A DNA stretch of 63,987 nucleotides, the filler included, from Octopus bimaculoides (taxonomy: Eukaryota): NCBI RefSeq assembly GCF_001194135.2. It is 6 parts of 6 records of this genome, joined end to end, with 100 filler letters (N's around TTAATTAATTAA, not from the genome) between each part and the next. Parts side by side here need not be neighbours in the genome. Positions count along the whole stretch, not along the records: positions 28,091 to 36,406 come from NC_069000.1; positions 36,507 to 38,387 come from NW_026330326.1; positions 38,488 to 50,390 come from NC_068990.1; 3 more parts are not named here. One strand, given 5' to 3'. Made by a program: the position numbers and the translations under genes. The notes beneath the pieces were generated by a model. That model was not told the DNA's origin. It was given only the letters and a program-made list of their open reading frames with translations, and made no database searches. Positions 34,330 to 46,990 of this stretch are shown piece by piece. How positions within the stretch are numbered: the stretch's first letter is position 1; each line of letters starts with the position of its first letter.

Positions 34330-35790
34330 TTTCAATTTTATTTCAAGATTTCTTACCAATAGAAAAAGAGTCACTTTCAGACGTAGATCCAAGGCTCCTT
34401 TATTGGCATTTCACCGTCAACAACAGGGTATTTTTGTATGTATGCATGTATGTATGTATGTATGTATGTATGTTTATGTGCAAATTTGTATGTTTTGTTT
34501 TATGTATGCCTCAAGCAGATAACTGCATATCTAGACATGCTCTTATATATTTAAATGATAAACTTCTAGAAAAGTTTTACAGATTTTTGCAGTTCCAGTG
34601 ATGGATTGGATTTGTAGTCTTCGAATTAGCTTTCTCCTTTCTGGTTTTGAGAAGCCTAATTTCTCAAGATTGGTATTTAGGTAGTGTGTTACATATCCTA
34701 GGGCCCAAATAATTACAGGTATAAAGCTGAACTTGTAATCTGGATTGAGTAACCGCAGATTTCTCAATAGTTCAGCGTAGGTATTCTCGTTTTCACTGAT
34801 CTTCAGCTTTATGTTAACATCTACTGGGCAGCTAATTTCCACAGCTATACGCAGTTTCTCTCCTCTATCCCAAATCATTATATCAGATTTGTTGTGCCTT
34901 ACATTTAACTGAGGTTTGCACTGAGACATTCCACCAGTATTCCTTTTTATTATGAGTGGCTATGGCTTCTATCATACTGTGGCTTCTTATTTTTTTGTCC
35001 TCGGGGTTATCCTTCCGATGATTTCATTATGGAGTGTCCCAGCTACATCGTGTCTCATCGGTAGATAAACACCATGATGACATTTGCTTATGATGTGGAT
35101 GATATCTTCGGTGTTAACTCCACAAGGTCTGCATCGATTATCACATTTTACTGCTTTTCCTGCATCTCTATCCCTTTTGTGCATCAGGTATTTGGTTGAT
35201 ATTTCCTGTTCCCCGACTGCAAGCGCATATCCTTCAAAGTGGGAGGTAGTAATCTGGCTATTGGTTCATGATAGACTGCCTTGATGATCAATGTTACTAT
35301 CTTCTCGGAACTTTCTTGCTAACATATCCATGCATGATCTTCTGCTCATATAGGTTTATCTTTCATCTGATGATACGTTGCAGTAGAGTGGGGCGACTTC
35401 TTTGGCCATGTATTCTAGGTTATCAGACAAAGAGTGTTGCTCAAGGAGCTGCCTTCCAAGTCTTATGATATCATCAACCTTATGTATGCAAACTTGGTCA
35501 AGGGATTCACTTCGGCACTTGGTGGTTAAAAGATATTGCCAAAGGGATATGATACGACATTCAAAGGCAATTTGGATCGATGTTAAGCCTCTGCCGCCTT
35601 GTTTCCGTCTTAAGTAGAGGCGGTCTACGCCAGTGTTTATGCGGAAATTCTGTGTGTTTGTTAGTATTTTTCGGGTTTTCACATCCATAGCTCGGATCTC
35701 ATCTAGCGCCCAATCAAGCAGCCCAGATGTTGGTATGAGTACTGGCACTGCAAAGAAATTGTGGTCCATTGTTTTACTGAATATAGAGAG
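34330..35790 (-). mobile_element. R4/Dong-like RLE non-LTR retrotransposon, 5'-truncated (copy B)
   Basis: FAVPVL..DVKTRKIL..VDRLYLRRKQGGRGL (RT end), CRPCG..EDIIHIISKC..RHD (CCHC knuckle), HNKSDIMIWD..EISCP (RLE); frameshifts and stops. Confidence 0.9.
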
Positions 35791-35810
35791 TTCTATGGTC
35801 CATATTTTCT

Positions 35811-35892
35811 ATGTATGCATGTATGTATGTATGTATGTATGTATGTATGTATGTCTTTCTATATGTATATCTATATATGTGTGTGTATATAC

Positions 35893-35928
<36 letters not shown>

Positions 35929-35935
35929 ACACACA

Positions 35936-36001
<66 letters not shown>

Positions 36002-36165
36002 AATATATATGTGTGTATATATGGGTAGATATATGTGTATATATAAATATTGCAATGTTTGTGCATATGTGTGTGTGTGTGCGTGCGTGCTTCTGTGTGT
36101 GTGCGTGCGTGCTTCTGTGTGTGTGTGTGTGTATGAGTACATATATGTGTACACATATACATACA
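35811..36165. repeat. Compound (TATG)n/(TA)n/(CA)n/(TG)n microsatellite
   Basis: Direct reading. Confidence 0.85.
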
Positions 36166-36173
36166 CTCCCTTA

Positions 36174-36330
36174 CCGAGGCTGTACTGAAATGTTCCTGGC
36201 CTTTGTGTAACAGAAACAACAGGAGGATCAGTTAATTATGATTTTATCCAACATATCCCCCCCCCCCACGCCTCTCATATTCACACACTTATTGCAACGT
36301 TTCTTCAGTTTTTTCTGATCTCTGTAAATA
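36174..36330 (-). mobile_element. Mariner-type transposon 3' remnant
   Basis: Minus strand LKKRCNKCVN..GGYVG* resembles the mariner C-terminus; TIR-like TACCGAGGCTGTACTGAAATGTTCC at 36174. Confidence 0.6.
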
Positions 36331-36406
36331 CTTACCTGGCGAAATACTTAGAGGTGTTTCGTCCGTTTTTACGTTTTGAGTTCAAATTCCTCCGTGATTG
36401 ACTTTT

Positions 36407-36506
36407 NNNNNNNNNNNNNNNNNNNNNNNNNNNNNNNNNNNNNNNNNNNNTTAATTAATTAANNNNNNNNNNNNNNNNNNNNNNNNNNNNNNNNNNNNNN
36501 NNNNNN
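36407..36506. other. Artificial 100-bp scaffold spacer
   Basis: 44 N + TTAATTAATTAA (36451-36462) + 44 N. Confidence 0.97.
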
Positions 36507-38387
36507 CACACATACATACATATATACATATGCACACACACAGACATACATACACATATTCACACATACATGCATGCATACATACACACACACTAAGACA
36601 CACACATGCGCAAAAACAAACAAAAGCAAAAACAGAACGCAGCGTAAATAACGGACAGTCAAGACTATTGATAAGGTTGGAAGACGCAACGAAAATTTTA
36701 GGAAAATAAAAAGAAAACTAAGTGGAAATTTTACCGGTGAGTGTGTTAAATTTTGAGGCACAATAAGAAAATGACTCTCCCCAGACACAACAGTAATNNN
36801 NNNNNNNNNNNNNNNNNNNNNNNNNNNNNNNNNNNNNNNNNNNNNNNNNNNNNNNNNNNNNNNNNNNNNNNNNNNNNNNNNNNNNNNNNNNNNNNNNNNN
36901 NNNNNNNNNNNNNNNNNNNNNNNNNNNNNNNNNNNNNNNNNNNNNNNNNNNNNNNNNNNNNNNNNNNNNNNNNNNNNNNNNNNNNNNNNNNNNNNNNNNN
37001 NNNNNNNNNNNNNNNNNNNNNNNNNNNNNNNNNNNNNNNNNNNNNNNNNNNNNNNNNNNNNNNNNNNNNNNNNNNNNNNNNNNNNNNNNNNNNNNNNNNN
37101 NNNNNNNNNNNNNNNNNNNNNNNNNNNNNNNNNNNNNNNNNNNNNNNNNNNNNNNNNNNNNNNNNNNNNNNNNNNNNNNNNNNNNNNNNNNNNNNNNNNN
37201 NNNNNNNNNNNNNNNNNNNNNNNNNNNNNNNNNNNNNNNNNNNNNNNNNNNNNNNNNNNNNNNNNNNNNNNNNNNNNNNNNNNNNNNNNNNNNNNNNNNN
37301 NNNNNNNNNNNNNNNNNNNNNNNNNNNNNNNNNNNNNNNNNNNNNNNNNNNNNNNNNNNNNNNNNNNNNNNNNNNNNNNNNNNNNNNNNNNNNNNNNNNN
37401 NNNNNNNNNNNNNNNNNNNNNNNNNNNNNNNNNNNNNNNNNNNNNNNNNNNNNNNNNNNNNNNNNNNNNNNNNNNNNNNNNNNNNNNNNNNNNNNNNNNN
37501 NNNNNNNNNNNNNNNNNNNNNNNNNNNNNNNNNNNNNNNNNNNNNNNNNNNNNNNNNNNNNNNNNNNNNNNNNNNNNNNNNNNNNNNATATATATATATA
37601 TATAGTAGGGATTGATGCAATCACCTTTTTCCCTCATTTATACCCTATTTTCTTTCACTCGCGCATAAAACAGACTTGGACTTGTGGCAATAAATCAACA
37701 TATAAGAAGGGATTTTGTTATAAGCCAAGTCATGTCTGAAGACGCAGATCCATGTACCTAGGGCATTGACGAAGGTAACTTCCACTTTTTCAGACCGTAG
37801 ATTGTAATTTAAGACCGATTTGGTGTCAGCTTCTAGAGTGGTCGAACGAGTGCGTAGGGCTTCTTGGTGACATTGAGGGATATATAATGTCTCTCTTTAA
37901 GACGATAATTCAGTAAAAGCGATGACAGTCCCCCAAAAGAAATCAGATTTTCATCTGTCATTTTAATATATCCCCGTGAGTTACATCCATTCAGATAAAC
38001 ATGAAATATCATTAGAAGTGAGAGTTTGCTGAAGACGAAAATATGTGAATACATCTTGAAAAAATTATACTAAAATCTTGAAAGTAGCTGGCAGTTACCA
38101 AGTTCCATATTTGTATACGCAGTTGATATATGCACAGAAATTACACCCCCCACACACATACAGCTCACACAGAACACGTATACACAGAAAAAATCAACTA
38201 CCAGAAAAATAGTGATAAAACGAAATGCCAATGGAAATATCATTTAAAAGAACATTGCCGACTTTCTTGATAGGGAAAACCTTCGGTGTTGAATTCTTCA
38301 GATGTTTTGTGGAAAGGTTAAAATTTTCTAAGTAAATAGTTGGCTTCTTAAACTGTCTGTCTGTCTGTCTGTCTATTTCTCTATCTA

Positions 38388-38487
38388 NNNNNNNNNNNNN
38401 NNNNNNNNNNNNNNNNNNNNNNNNNNNNNNNTTAATTAATTAANNNNNNNNNNNNNNNNNNNNNNNNNNNNNNNNNNNNNNNNNNNN
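38388..38487. other. Artificial 100-bp scaffold spacer
   Basis: 44 N + TTAATTAATTAA (38432-38443) + 44 N. Confidence 0.97.
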
Positions 38488-38537
<50 letters not shown>

Positions 38538-38766
38538 TTACACATACCCGTATACATATCATAATGATTTTAGATCAACATTATATTCAGCACCAACAAA
38601 TTCATCACAACAGTTATCTCTAAAACGTCATTATCCCAAAATGTTATAAACGAATAAAAAGAAATTTATAAACTACAACTATTTTTCATCCATGGTATTG
38701 TGTATACACACACATACACATGCATACACACACATACACAGCAATTGTCTTGTGTGTGTGTGTCTG

Positions 38767-38806
<40 letters not shown>

Positions 38807-38824
38807 CGGTGTGTGTGCGTGTGT

Positions 38825-38964
38825 AACAAGGTTGCTTCCTAACCCCTTGGTCCCGGGTTCAGTTCTACTGCATTACATCTTCGGCAAGTGTCTTTTTCTA
38901 TAGCCCTTGGGCTGACCAAAGCCTTGTGAGTGGATTTGGCGGAAACTGAAAGAAGGCTGTCGTG

Positions 38965-39054
<90 letters not shown>

Positions 39055-39250
39055 TATACATATGTATATATGTTTGTGTGTTTGTGTTTGTCTCCACACC
39101 ATCGCTTGACAACCGATGTTGGTGTGTTTACGTCCTCGTAATCTAGTAGTTTGGCAAAAGTATTCGATAGAATAAGTTCGGGGCTGATTTGTTCGACAAA
39201 AGGTGGTGCCCCAGCATGGTCGCAGTCAGATGACTAAAACAAGTAAAAGA
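38825..39250 (+). mobile_element. SINE family A, diverged
   Basis: Same head, body and tail order; expanded internal microsatellite. Confidence 0.75.
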
Positions 39251-39821
39251 GTGTGACATATTTTAAGTCCACCGCGAGGAAAAGTTTCTCTCATGGGAAA
39301 AGGTGTAAGAACATCATATCTGTCGAGTTCTTCCATCTAGCAGATTTCTAGACGTGCGCTCCTGGCTCTTTAGTCTTCTTCAATAGGAAATATCGAAGAG
39401 GGATAACCCTGGGTCAGACCCAAAGCCGTAGTTTTAATTAATAACCAGACAACATCAGTGACTGATTTGCGCTAGTGGACCGCCCTGTCGAGATAGAAAT
39501 AGCCGCATCAGCGCCAAAAGGAATAAACGAACTTTAGATTACATAAAGTATGTGTGTAACACATTTTAATTTCTAAAGGAGAATTCACTGCAGTAACTAT
39601 TCTAAAGTACTTTTTTTCTGAATAGGTGGTTGCATGCGTTCATGGTCGTATGATTGTGATTTCAATTCTTGAACCGGGCAAGGCTTTGTGTTTTTCAGTA
39701 AAACATGATTTCTAACAAGATTCTTGCACAATACTTCTTGCAGCTATTTGCATTTTCTCTTCCCCGTCTTCTTCACCATTATTATACCGTAAAAACAAAC
39801 AAAAATTAGTATTCTTCAATA

Positions 39822-40040
39822 ATATGGTTTCAAATTTTGGCACAAGGGCAGTGAATTCGAGAGAGGGAGCTAGTCGATTACATCGATCCCAGTGCTTAAA
39901 TGGCACTTATTTTATGGACCCCGAAAGGATGACAGGTAAAGTCGACCTCGGCAGTATTTGAACTCAGGACGTAAAGACGGTCGAAATGCCGCCAAGCATT
40001 TTGTCCGACGTACTAACAATTCTGCCAGCTCGTCACCTTA
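39822..40040 (-). mobile_element. SINE family C
   Basis: Complete match to family C. Confidence 0.8.
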
Positions 40041-40259
40041 TGCAATTAGAATTGCATGCACAGTTCACAGAATAAAACTCAGACAAATATAAAAAAAGGA
40101 TCATATAGAGGACATAGTACATAAGCCTGGAATTTTGGAGGATGGTGCGTCTTGACAGGTAAAATCTGACACAGGTGGTTTATTCCATACTTCGACAATT
40201 TTGAGTGTGAAAACTTTTTCCAAATGTGATGAGGCCTGTGGTTTTACCTTTTAGTTGTA

Positions 40260-41060
40260 AGTATGTTCACGACTGATTGAGATATTGAATTTTTAAAATG
40301 TTGCTGTTGAAGAAATGAGAAGTAATTTTGTGGGCGTCCTTAAAGTCAGCTGCTACATGTTGAAACTTTAGTGGGCCAATGTCCAGAGAAGCAATACATT
40401 TAAGTCAAAGGGCATTCGCGTGACTGCAGGTCATTGGGAAGTTTCAAACAGATCGAAGTTAGGACAAGATGTGGATTTCAGACTGGAGCTGCAAATTGTA
40501 ACTCTAGATGTATCATATCTCTTCATAACTTTAAACATATAGCTGTAGTTGGTGAACTGTTAACAAAAATCTTATTTATTGATACTAAGACACCTTCGTC
40601 CTTTTTAATGATTTTAGATGTTTGTTCGTCCAATGCAAATAGTGCCCCCGTTTCGTTCACCACCAGACTTCTTATGGTTCATGTGAGGAGTGGGTAGGTA
40701 AATTCTGTTGCTTCCATCTCAAAAATATATCCCATTTGTTTACAACCGGTTTCAGTTACCAGTCGACATCTCATTGCTGTTTTATGTTCAGGCCAGGGTG
40801 CAGGAAAGATCTAGAAAGTATAAATTTCTTTTTTTTTTAATATTATTATTATTTCAAGAAACATCTTAATGTCGTCTCCCTGTTTTAACACAGTAACCTG
40901 TTTCAGTTGGCATCTATTGCATTAATGTATGCAACAAAAAGCAAGGGACAGATAATAGCATGAACTCCTAACAATTGTTCTCCAGTGCCCTGTTTCTGAT
41001 TGCGTATCTCCTTGGCTACGTCTCCATTATGAATATATTAATAAGAGTAGCCGTCACATC
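40260..41060 (-). mobile_element. Old CR1/L2/Jockey-group LINE RT remnant
   Basis: Minus strand shows CPLLFVAYIN (cf. GPLLF..YIND) and LELQFAAPV*NPHL (cf. LEYA.PVWNPHL); many stops. Confidence 0.6.
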
Positions 41061-41306
41061 AATGTGAACTTTTTGCTCAGCTCTAATGGATATCGAAATA
41101 ATCAATGAGCTAAGCGTCAAAACAATTTATGCTGTATTATATTTTATCGGAGCTCTTCTCTTGATTTATTTTACGGTCTTGGTCTTCAGTAAGACACATA
41201 GGCATCAACAGGTAACACGTGTATATGTCTACCTCCGAGCCAATGTACTTATATTTGAGGGTATGTGTGAATGTAGTGTATGTTCGTCTCGGTGCTGAGA
41301 GTGAAA

Positions 41307-41452
41307 CAGGCATGGGCAGCCTGCTACGAGAAGCGGGCCGCATGAGACTTAACTAATTATCAAGAGGGTCGCACTACCAAAAATATTCAAGGTAACTTTT
41401 GGTCAGACGTCCCATTCAGAAAGTCCTGCGAGCCGCAGGTTGCCGATGTGTG
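41307..41452. mobile_element. Possible old hAT-type MITE
   Basis: Imperfect 18-bp TIRs CAGGCATGGGCAGCCTGC / revcomp CACACATCGGCAACCTGC (14 of 18), subterminal GCGGGCCGCA; no 8-bp TSD seen. Confidence 0.4.
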
Positions 41453-41559
41453 TATTTGAGTATGTGTGAGTGACTGTGTTTCAAGAAAAATGTTTTGATA
41501 CAAGCATCTACAGACATATGTATGTATATCTTGTTTTTGTTTTTAGTTTGTATTTTTTT

Positions 41560-42081
41560 TTGTCCTGAGGACAGCTGATATCTTGAGTATTGAGGGATGG
41601 TGCACAAGCAACGGTTACGTTGGACTGAACACCTTATTAGAATGAAGGATAGCAGGATTCCTAAACAGATGCTATATGGAGAACTTATGAATGGTAGGAG
41701 ACTCCGGCAGAAACCAAGGCTGCTATTTAAGGACTGTGTCAAGGCCTCATTAAAGACCTGTGATATGCAGGACACTGACTGGGAGAACAATGCCTGTCAC
41801 CGCCACAGATGGATGATTCAGGTTAAGGAGGGGATCGACACTTTTGAGAGAGCACGTATAGAGCATGAAGAACTTAAGCGAGCTGCGCGAAAGGGCACGG
41901 CTCGTATAGTGAATGGGGAAAGCTTGGTCTGCAATGTTTGCAGTCGTGTATGCTTGTCAAGAGCAGGACTCATTAGCCACCAACGGAGCCGCAAATGCAA
42001 AATATAAGTTAGTCCTAGAGAACACAATGTTCTTGAAGGTAGTCAATGGTTTTCCTCGGTCACGAGTGAACGGCTATCATC
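41560..42081 (+). mobile_element. RTE-clade LINE 3' fragment with terminal C2H2 finger
   Basis: QRLRWTEHLIRMKDSRIPKQMLYGEL..GRR..KPRLLFKDCVKASLK..CNVCSRVCLSRAGLISHQRS*. Confidence 0.9.
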
Positions 42082-42123
42082 ATGTATGTATGTATGCATG
42101 TATGTATGTATGTATGTATGTAC

Positions 42124-42168
<45 letters not shown>

Positions 42169-43023
42169 TGTGTGTGTGTGTGTGTAGATTGACATATATA
42201 GCTATTTTTAGATGTNNNNNNNNNNNNNNNNNNNNNNNNNNNNNNNNNNNNNNNNNNNNNNNNNNNNNNNNNNNNNNNNNNNNNNNNNNNNNNNNNNNNN
42301 NNNNNNNNNNNNNNNNNNNNNNNNNNNNNNNNNNNNNNNNNNNNNNNNNNNNNNNNNNNNNNNNNNNNNNNNNNNNNNNNNNNNNNNNNNNNNNNNNNNN
42401 NNNNNNNNNNNNNNNNNNNNNNNNNNNNNNNNNNNNNNNNNNNNNNNNNNNNNNNNNNNNNNNNNNNNNNNNNNNNNNNNNNNNNNNNNNNNNNNNNNNN
42501 NNNNNNNNNNNNNNNNNNNNNNNNNNNNNNNNNNNNNNNNNNNNNNNNNTATATATATATATATATATATATTTGTATATTTGTATGTGTATGCATGCAT
42601 ACATTTGTTTGCATGTTTTGTATATATAAATGTATAAATATAAACACGGGAATATTTCTTTGATTAAACCCTCCAAGACGGCATCCCAGTAAGACCACAG
42701 GTGAGTGACGGACTAAATGAACAGAATAAAAGGGTAGCGAAGAATATATGTATACACATACATATATGTCTGTGTAGCGATTGAAGCGTGTACCTTCGTC
42801 GGCATGAAATCGAACGGTTTATACAGAGAGTTGAGAATGTGTCTTAAGGAACTTTTGTGCGCGCGCGCGTTTTGCCTTATATAGGGGTGTACATATAGAC
42901 GTGTGTGCGGAGGAGGGGGGGCATAGGTGATTCCCTACTGAAGTCTATCGGAATCCGTTTTTTGTTGTTTCAGCCTGATTTTTATTCTTATGATTTATAT
43001 ATTATATCCTTGCAAATGTGTGT

Positions 43024-43090
<67 letters not shown>

Positions 43091-43244
43091 TACACACGCA
43101 TATATAAATATAATATTATATAGGATAAAATCTTTATAAGAATTTATCAAGTAGTCAGCGTGAAAAAAACCCATAAGGAAAAAACCCATCGTTTTCTTCC
43201 ATATATATATATATATATGTGTGTGTGTGTACTCACACACACGC

Positions 43245-43277
<33 letters not shown>

Positions 43278-43515
43278 TGTATTCAGGTATGCATGTATGT
43301 ATTTATATATATGTATGTATTTATATATGTATATAGATACACACACACACACACACACATACATATACGCAAGTTACAAGTATACATAAATATCTATCCA
43401 TCAAACTCCATATATCTATGTTTTCCTTTCCTTTTCCATAGATTTATGTATGTGCACATATATATATATATATATATATGCAACTATGATTGTGCATGTA
43501 TGTATGTATGTATGT

Positions 43516-43736
43516 ATGTATGTATACTCTTTTACTCTTTTACTTGTTTCAGTCATTTGACTGTAGCCATGCTGGAGCACCACCTTTAGTCGAGCTAATC
43601 GACCCAAGGACTTATTCTTTGCAAGCCTAGTACTTATTCTATCGGTCTCTTTTTGCCGAACCGCTAAGTTACGGGGGCGTAAACACACCAGCATCGGTTG
43701 TCAAGCGATGGTGGAGGGACAAACACAGACACACAA

Positions 43737-43795
<59 letters not shown>

Positions 43796-43956
43796 TACGA
43801 CGAGCTTCTTTCAGTTTCCGTCTACCAAATCCACTCACAAGGCTTTGGTCGGCCCGAGGCTATAGTAGAAGACACTTGCCCAAGGTGCCACGCAGTGGGA
43901 CTGAACCTGGGAACACGTGGTTGGTAGGCAAGCTACTTACCACACAGCCACTCCTG
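43516..43956 (-). mobile_element. SINE family A, full length, inside (TATG)n
   Basis: Reverse complement of the family A sequence; TATG repeats on both flanks. Confidence 0.85.
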
Positions 43957-44237
43957 CGCGTGTATGTATGTATTTATGTATGTATGTATGTTTGCATGTC
44001 TCTATGTATGTATGCATTTACATTAGTGCGTGGTACGCAATCTTGCTAAATCGATATTCAAACAACGTAAGCATTGTTTCCTTTTATATTCATTAGTTCC
44101 AACCAACAGACTAGAAAATCTATTCTTTCCCCCTCTCCATTGTACTTCTTATCTTTCTATTCTCTATCTATATCTTTCTTCTTTCTTTTTCTCACTCACT
44201 CACTATCTCTCTGTTTCTCAATCGCTCTCTCCCACTC

Positions 44238-44268
<31 letters not shown>

Positions 44269-45094
44269 GCACTCTGTTTGTCTCTGTCTCTATCTTTCTC
44301 TCTCTCGCCCCTCTCTCTCATTTCCACCCTCTTGGTGTAACTTAAGTAATTTCGCATCAGTAGAACAAATTGTAACAAGGGAGGCAACTCTATGAAGCGT
44401 TACAGATTTGAGCATATTTTCTTTATAAAAGAGTCTTGTATCTACCAAGTGAAGCTGATATTCACTTTACTTATTACTCTTGCGAGTCACACAAGCTCAT
44501 ATACGCACCACAGTGATATTCAAGATCTTTTGACGTTCATACCATTGTTCAGTTCTCCAATTAAGAAACTGATGCGAATTGGCTTCAACTGGAAATAGTA
44601 ACAAGGCCGAAGAAAGCAAGTCGCCTACTTTCCAACCTCTGGCAGTTATCAACAATTTAAGGCCGCACACATTTTTTAAACCTAGTTATTGATTTGATTT
44701 ATGCTTCTTTTTCCAAGGCGAAGATATGATGAATTACTTAAATCTATCTCAAACTTTTTCCTTTCTCCTTTTGCTGGTTCTGGATCAAGTTACGGTGTCC
44801 ATGATCTTTGCAGACTCTCTGGGATTGGTGAAATTTATGCCATTAATGTTCTTCTGGAACCTTTGTGAAATAATACCTGTAACAAAAAAAAAAAAAAGAC
44901 ATGAGCTAGGAAGGTATCCCGGAGGCTTGAGGCATTCTAAGAAAGAAGGAATGTGTGTAATAATTAGTGTGGGGCTGAGTTGTAGAGGTAGAACATAATA
45001 AAGGTAATGAGAGGAGGAACGAGTGGGGTGAAAATGCTTCAATGGATGCGGCATGAACCCATTCGACAGACAAGATCAGATATTGATATATCAG

Positions 45095-45098
<4 letters not shown>

Positions 45099-45160
<62 letters not shown>
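45099..45160. repeat. (GA)n microsatellite
   Basis: Direct reading. Confidence 0.9.
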
Positions 45161-45161
<1 letters not shown>

Positions 45162-45639
45162 GAGAGAGACGGCGGGGGAGTCGATTGCCTATTGGACAGA
45201 GGTTAGAGAATGTCTGCAAAAGACTGTATGCCAATCAGTCGGGTGGTTCTTTGAACTTTTTGAAATCACTTTCGAAGGAACGAAATATCAATTCGGGAAA
45301 CGAACTTCGATCAGAGATAAACAGATCTCTATATTGCATTCGATTAGTTTAGCTCTCTAGCACCTGACCATTCTAAATATTATTTTTTTCTTTTTAACCG
45401 AAGAGAAAGCCACGCCAACAAATGTCCTACATAGTCACTCGGCCTGCAAAAACGTCATAACCAAATTCCCATCAAATTACATCTTACCCTTTCAAATATA
45501 TTAAAATACATAGGAAACTGTAACGCATCGTACATTATAAAGTGATGGGGGGTAGCGACTATTTCAGTACTTTTGACCATAGTTCAGCTCAGTGAGGATT
45601 GACTTGTAGCTAAGGAGTAACAACTCTATAATTTAGCGA

Positions 45640-46112
45640 AATTGTGAACGTTTACCATGTCCAACAATGATGGACAACAGGGAATTGAAATTGCGGGAAA
45701 ATAATTGTTCACAAATAGATGTAAGTGTTCCCACTGATAAAAATATATCTGCCAATGAATTTGACAAACTTAATAAATATAAGGACCTAGAAATCAAAAT
45801 ACAAAAGATGTGGCATCTTGAAACAAGAACTGTTCCTATTATGTAAGTGCCCTAGGTATCTTAAAAAAGGGCTGGCAGAAGCATCTAGATAAGATCCCAG
45901 GAGAGCAGTGTCTCAGAGAAATCCAAACGATTGTGCTGACAAGTACAGCCCGCATCCTTAGAAAAACTCTATCCATTTAAATGTTTGTGTAGATATTGCA
46001 CTACCTCCCCTCCCCAAGCTTTCACTCATACTGTAACATCTCTTATCCTTCACTCACCCCAGGACACTTGGTGTGTCTCAGCAACTGACGGCAACAAAGA
46101 CGCAGTTTAAAA

Positions 46113-46155
<43 letters not shown>

Positions 46156-46172
46156 TGATGATGATGATGATG

Positions 46173-46236
<64 letters not shown>
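45640..46236 (+). mobile_element. Second RLE (R4/Dong-like) family, 3' end running into (AAT)n/(GAT)n
   Basis: IDVSVPTDKNISANEFDKLNKYKDLEIKIQKMWHLETRTVPI/VSALGILKKG..IPG..LREIQTIVLTSTARILRKTLSI*, then a UTR and (AAT)n from 46114. Confidence 0.85.
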
Positions 46237-46590
46237 NNNNNNNNNNNNNNNNNNNNNNNNNNNNNNNNNNNNNNNNNNNNNNNNNNNNNNNNNNNNNNNN
46301 NNNNNNNNNNNNNNNNNNNNNNNNNNNNNNNNNNNNNNNNNNNNNNNNNNNNNNNNNNNNNNNNNNNNNNNNNNNNNNNNNNNNNNNNNNNNNNNNNNNN
46401 NNNNNNNNNNNNNNNNNNNNNNNNNNNNNNNNNNNNNNNNNNNNNNNNNNNNNNNNNNNNNNNNNNNNNNNNNNNNNNNNNNNNNNNNNNNNNNNNNNNN
46501 NNNNNNNNNNNNNNNNNNNNNNNNNNNNNNNNNNNNNNNNNNNNNNNNNNNNNNNNNNNNNNNNNNNNNNNNNNNNNNNNNNNNNNNNNN

Positions 46591-46990
46591 TAGGCAGGTG
46601 TCTTCTACTATAGCCTCGGACCAACCAAAGTCATACGAATGGATTTGGTAGACGGAAACTAAAAGAAGCCTGACATATATGTGTGTGTGCTTACGGTTGT
46701 GTATGTGTGTGTTTGTGTGTGTGTTTGTTTGTGTGTGTGTGTATGTGTGTGTGTGTGCGTGTGTGCGTGCTCATGCATGCGTGTATTCGTCTTTCTTCCC
46801 CACCACTGATTGACCACCGATATTGGTTTGCCTACGTCTCTGTTAACTAGCGGTTCGGCAAAAATATCGACAGTCTAAGTACCAGGGTTAAATTGAGTGT
46901 GTACTGGTGGTGATTCATTTGACTAAAATTCGTCAAGGTAGTGCCCCAGAATGACCGCAGTATAATTACCGAAACAAGTAAAAGATAAAA
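46591..46990 (+). mobile_element. SINE family A, diverged, 5' end in gap
   Basis: GTGTCTTCTACTATAGCC..GGATTTGGTAGACGGAAAC..AAACAAGTAAAAG. Confidence 0.7.

Noticed and set aside
31412-36219. His/Thr-, Tyr/Ile- and Val/Cys-rich ORFs
   Set aside because: Translations of (CA)n, (TA)n and (TATG)n microsatellites.
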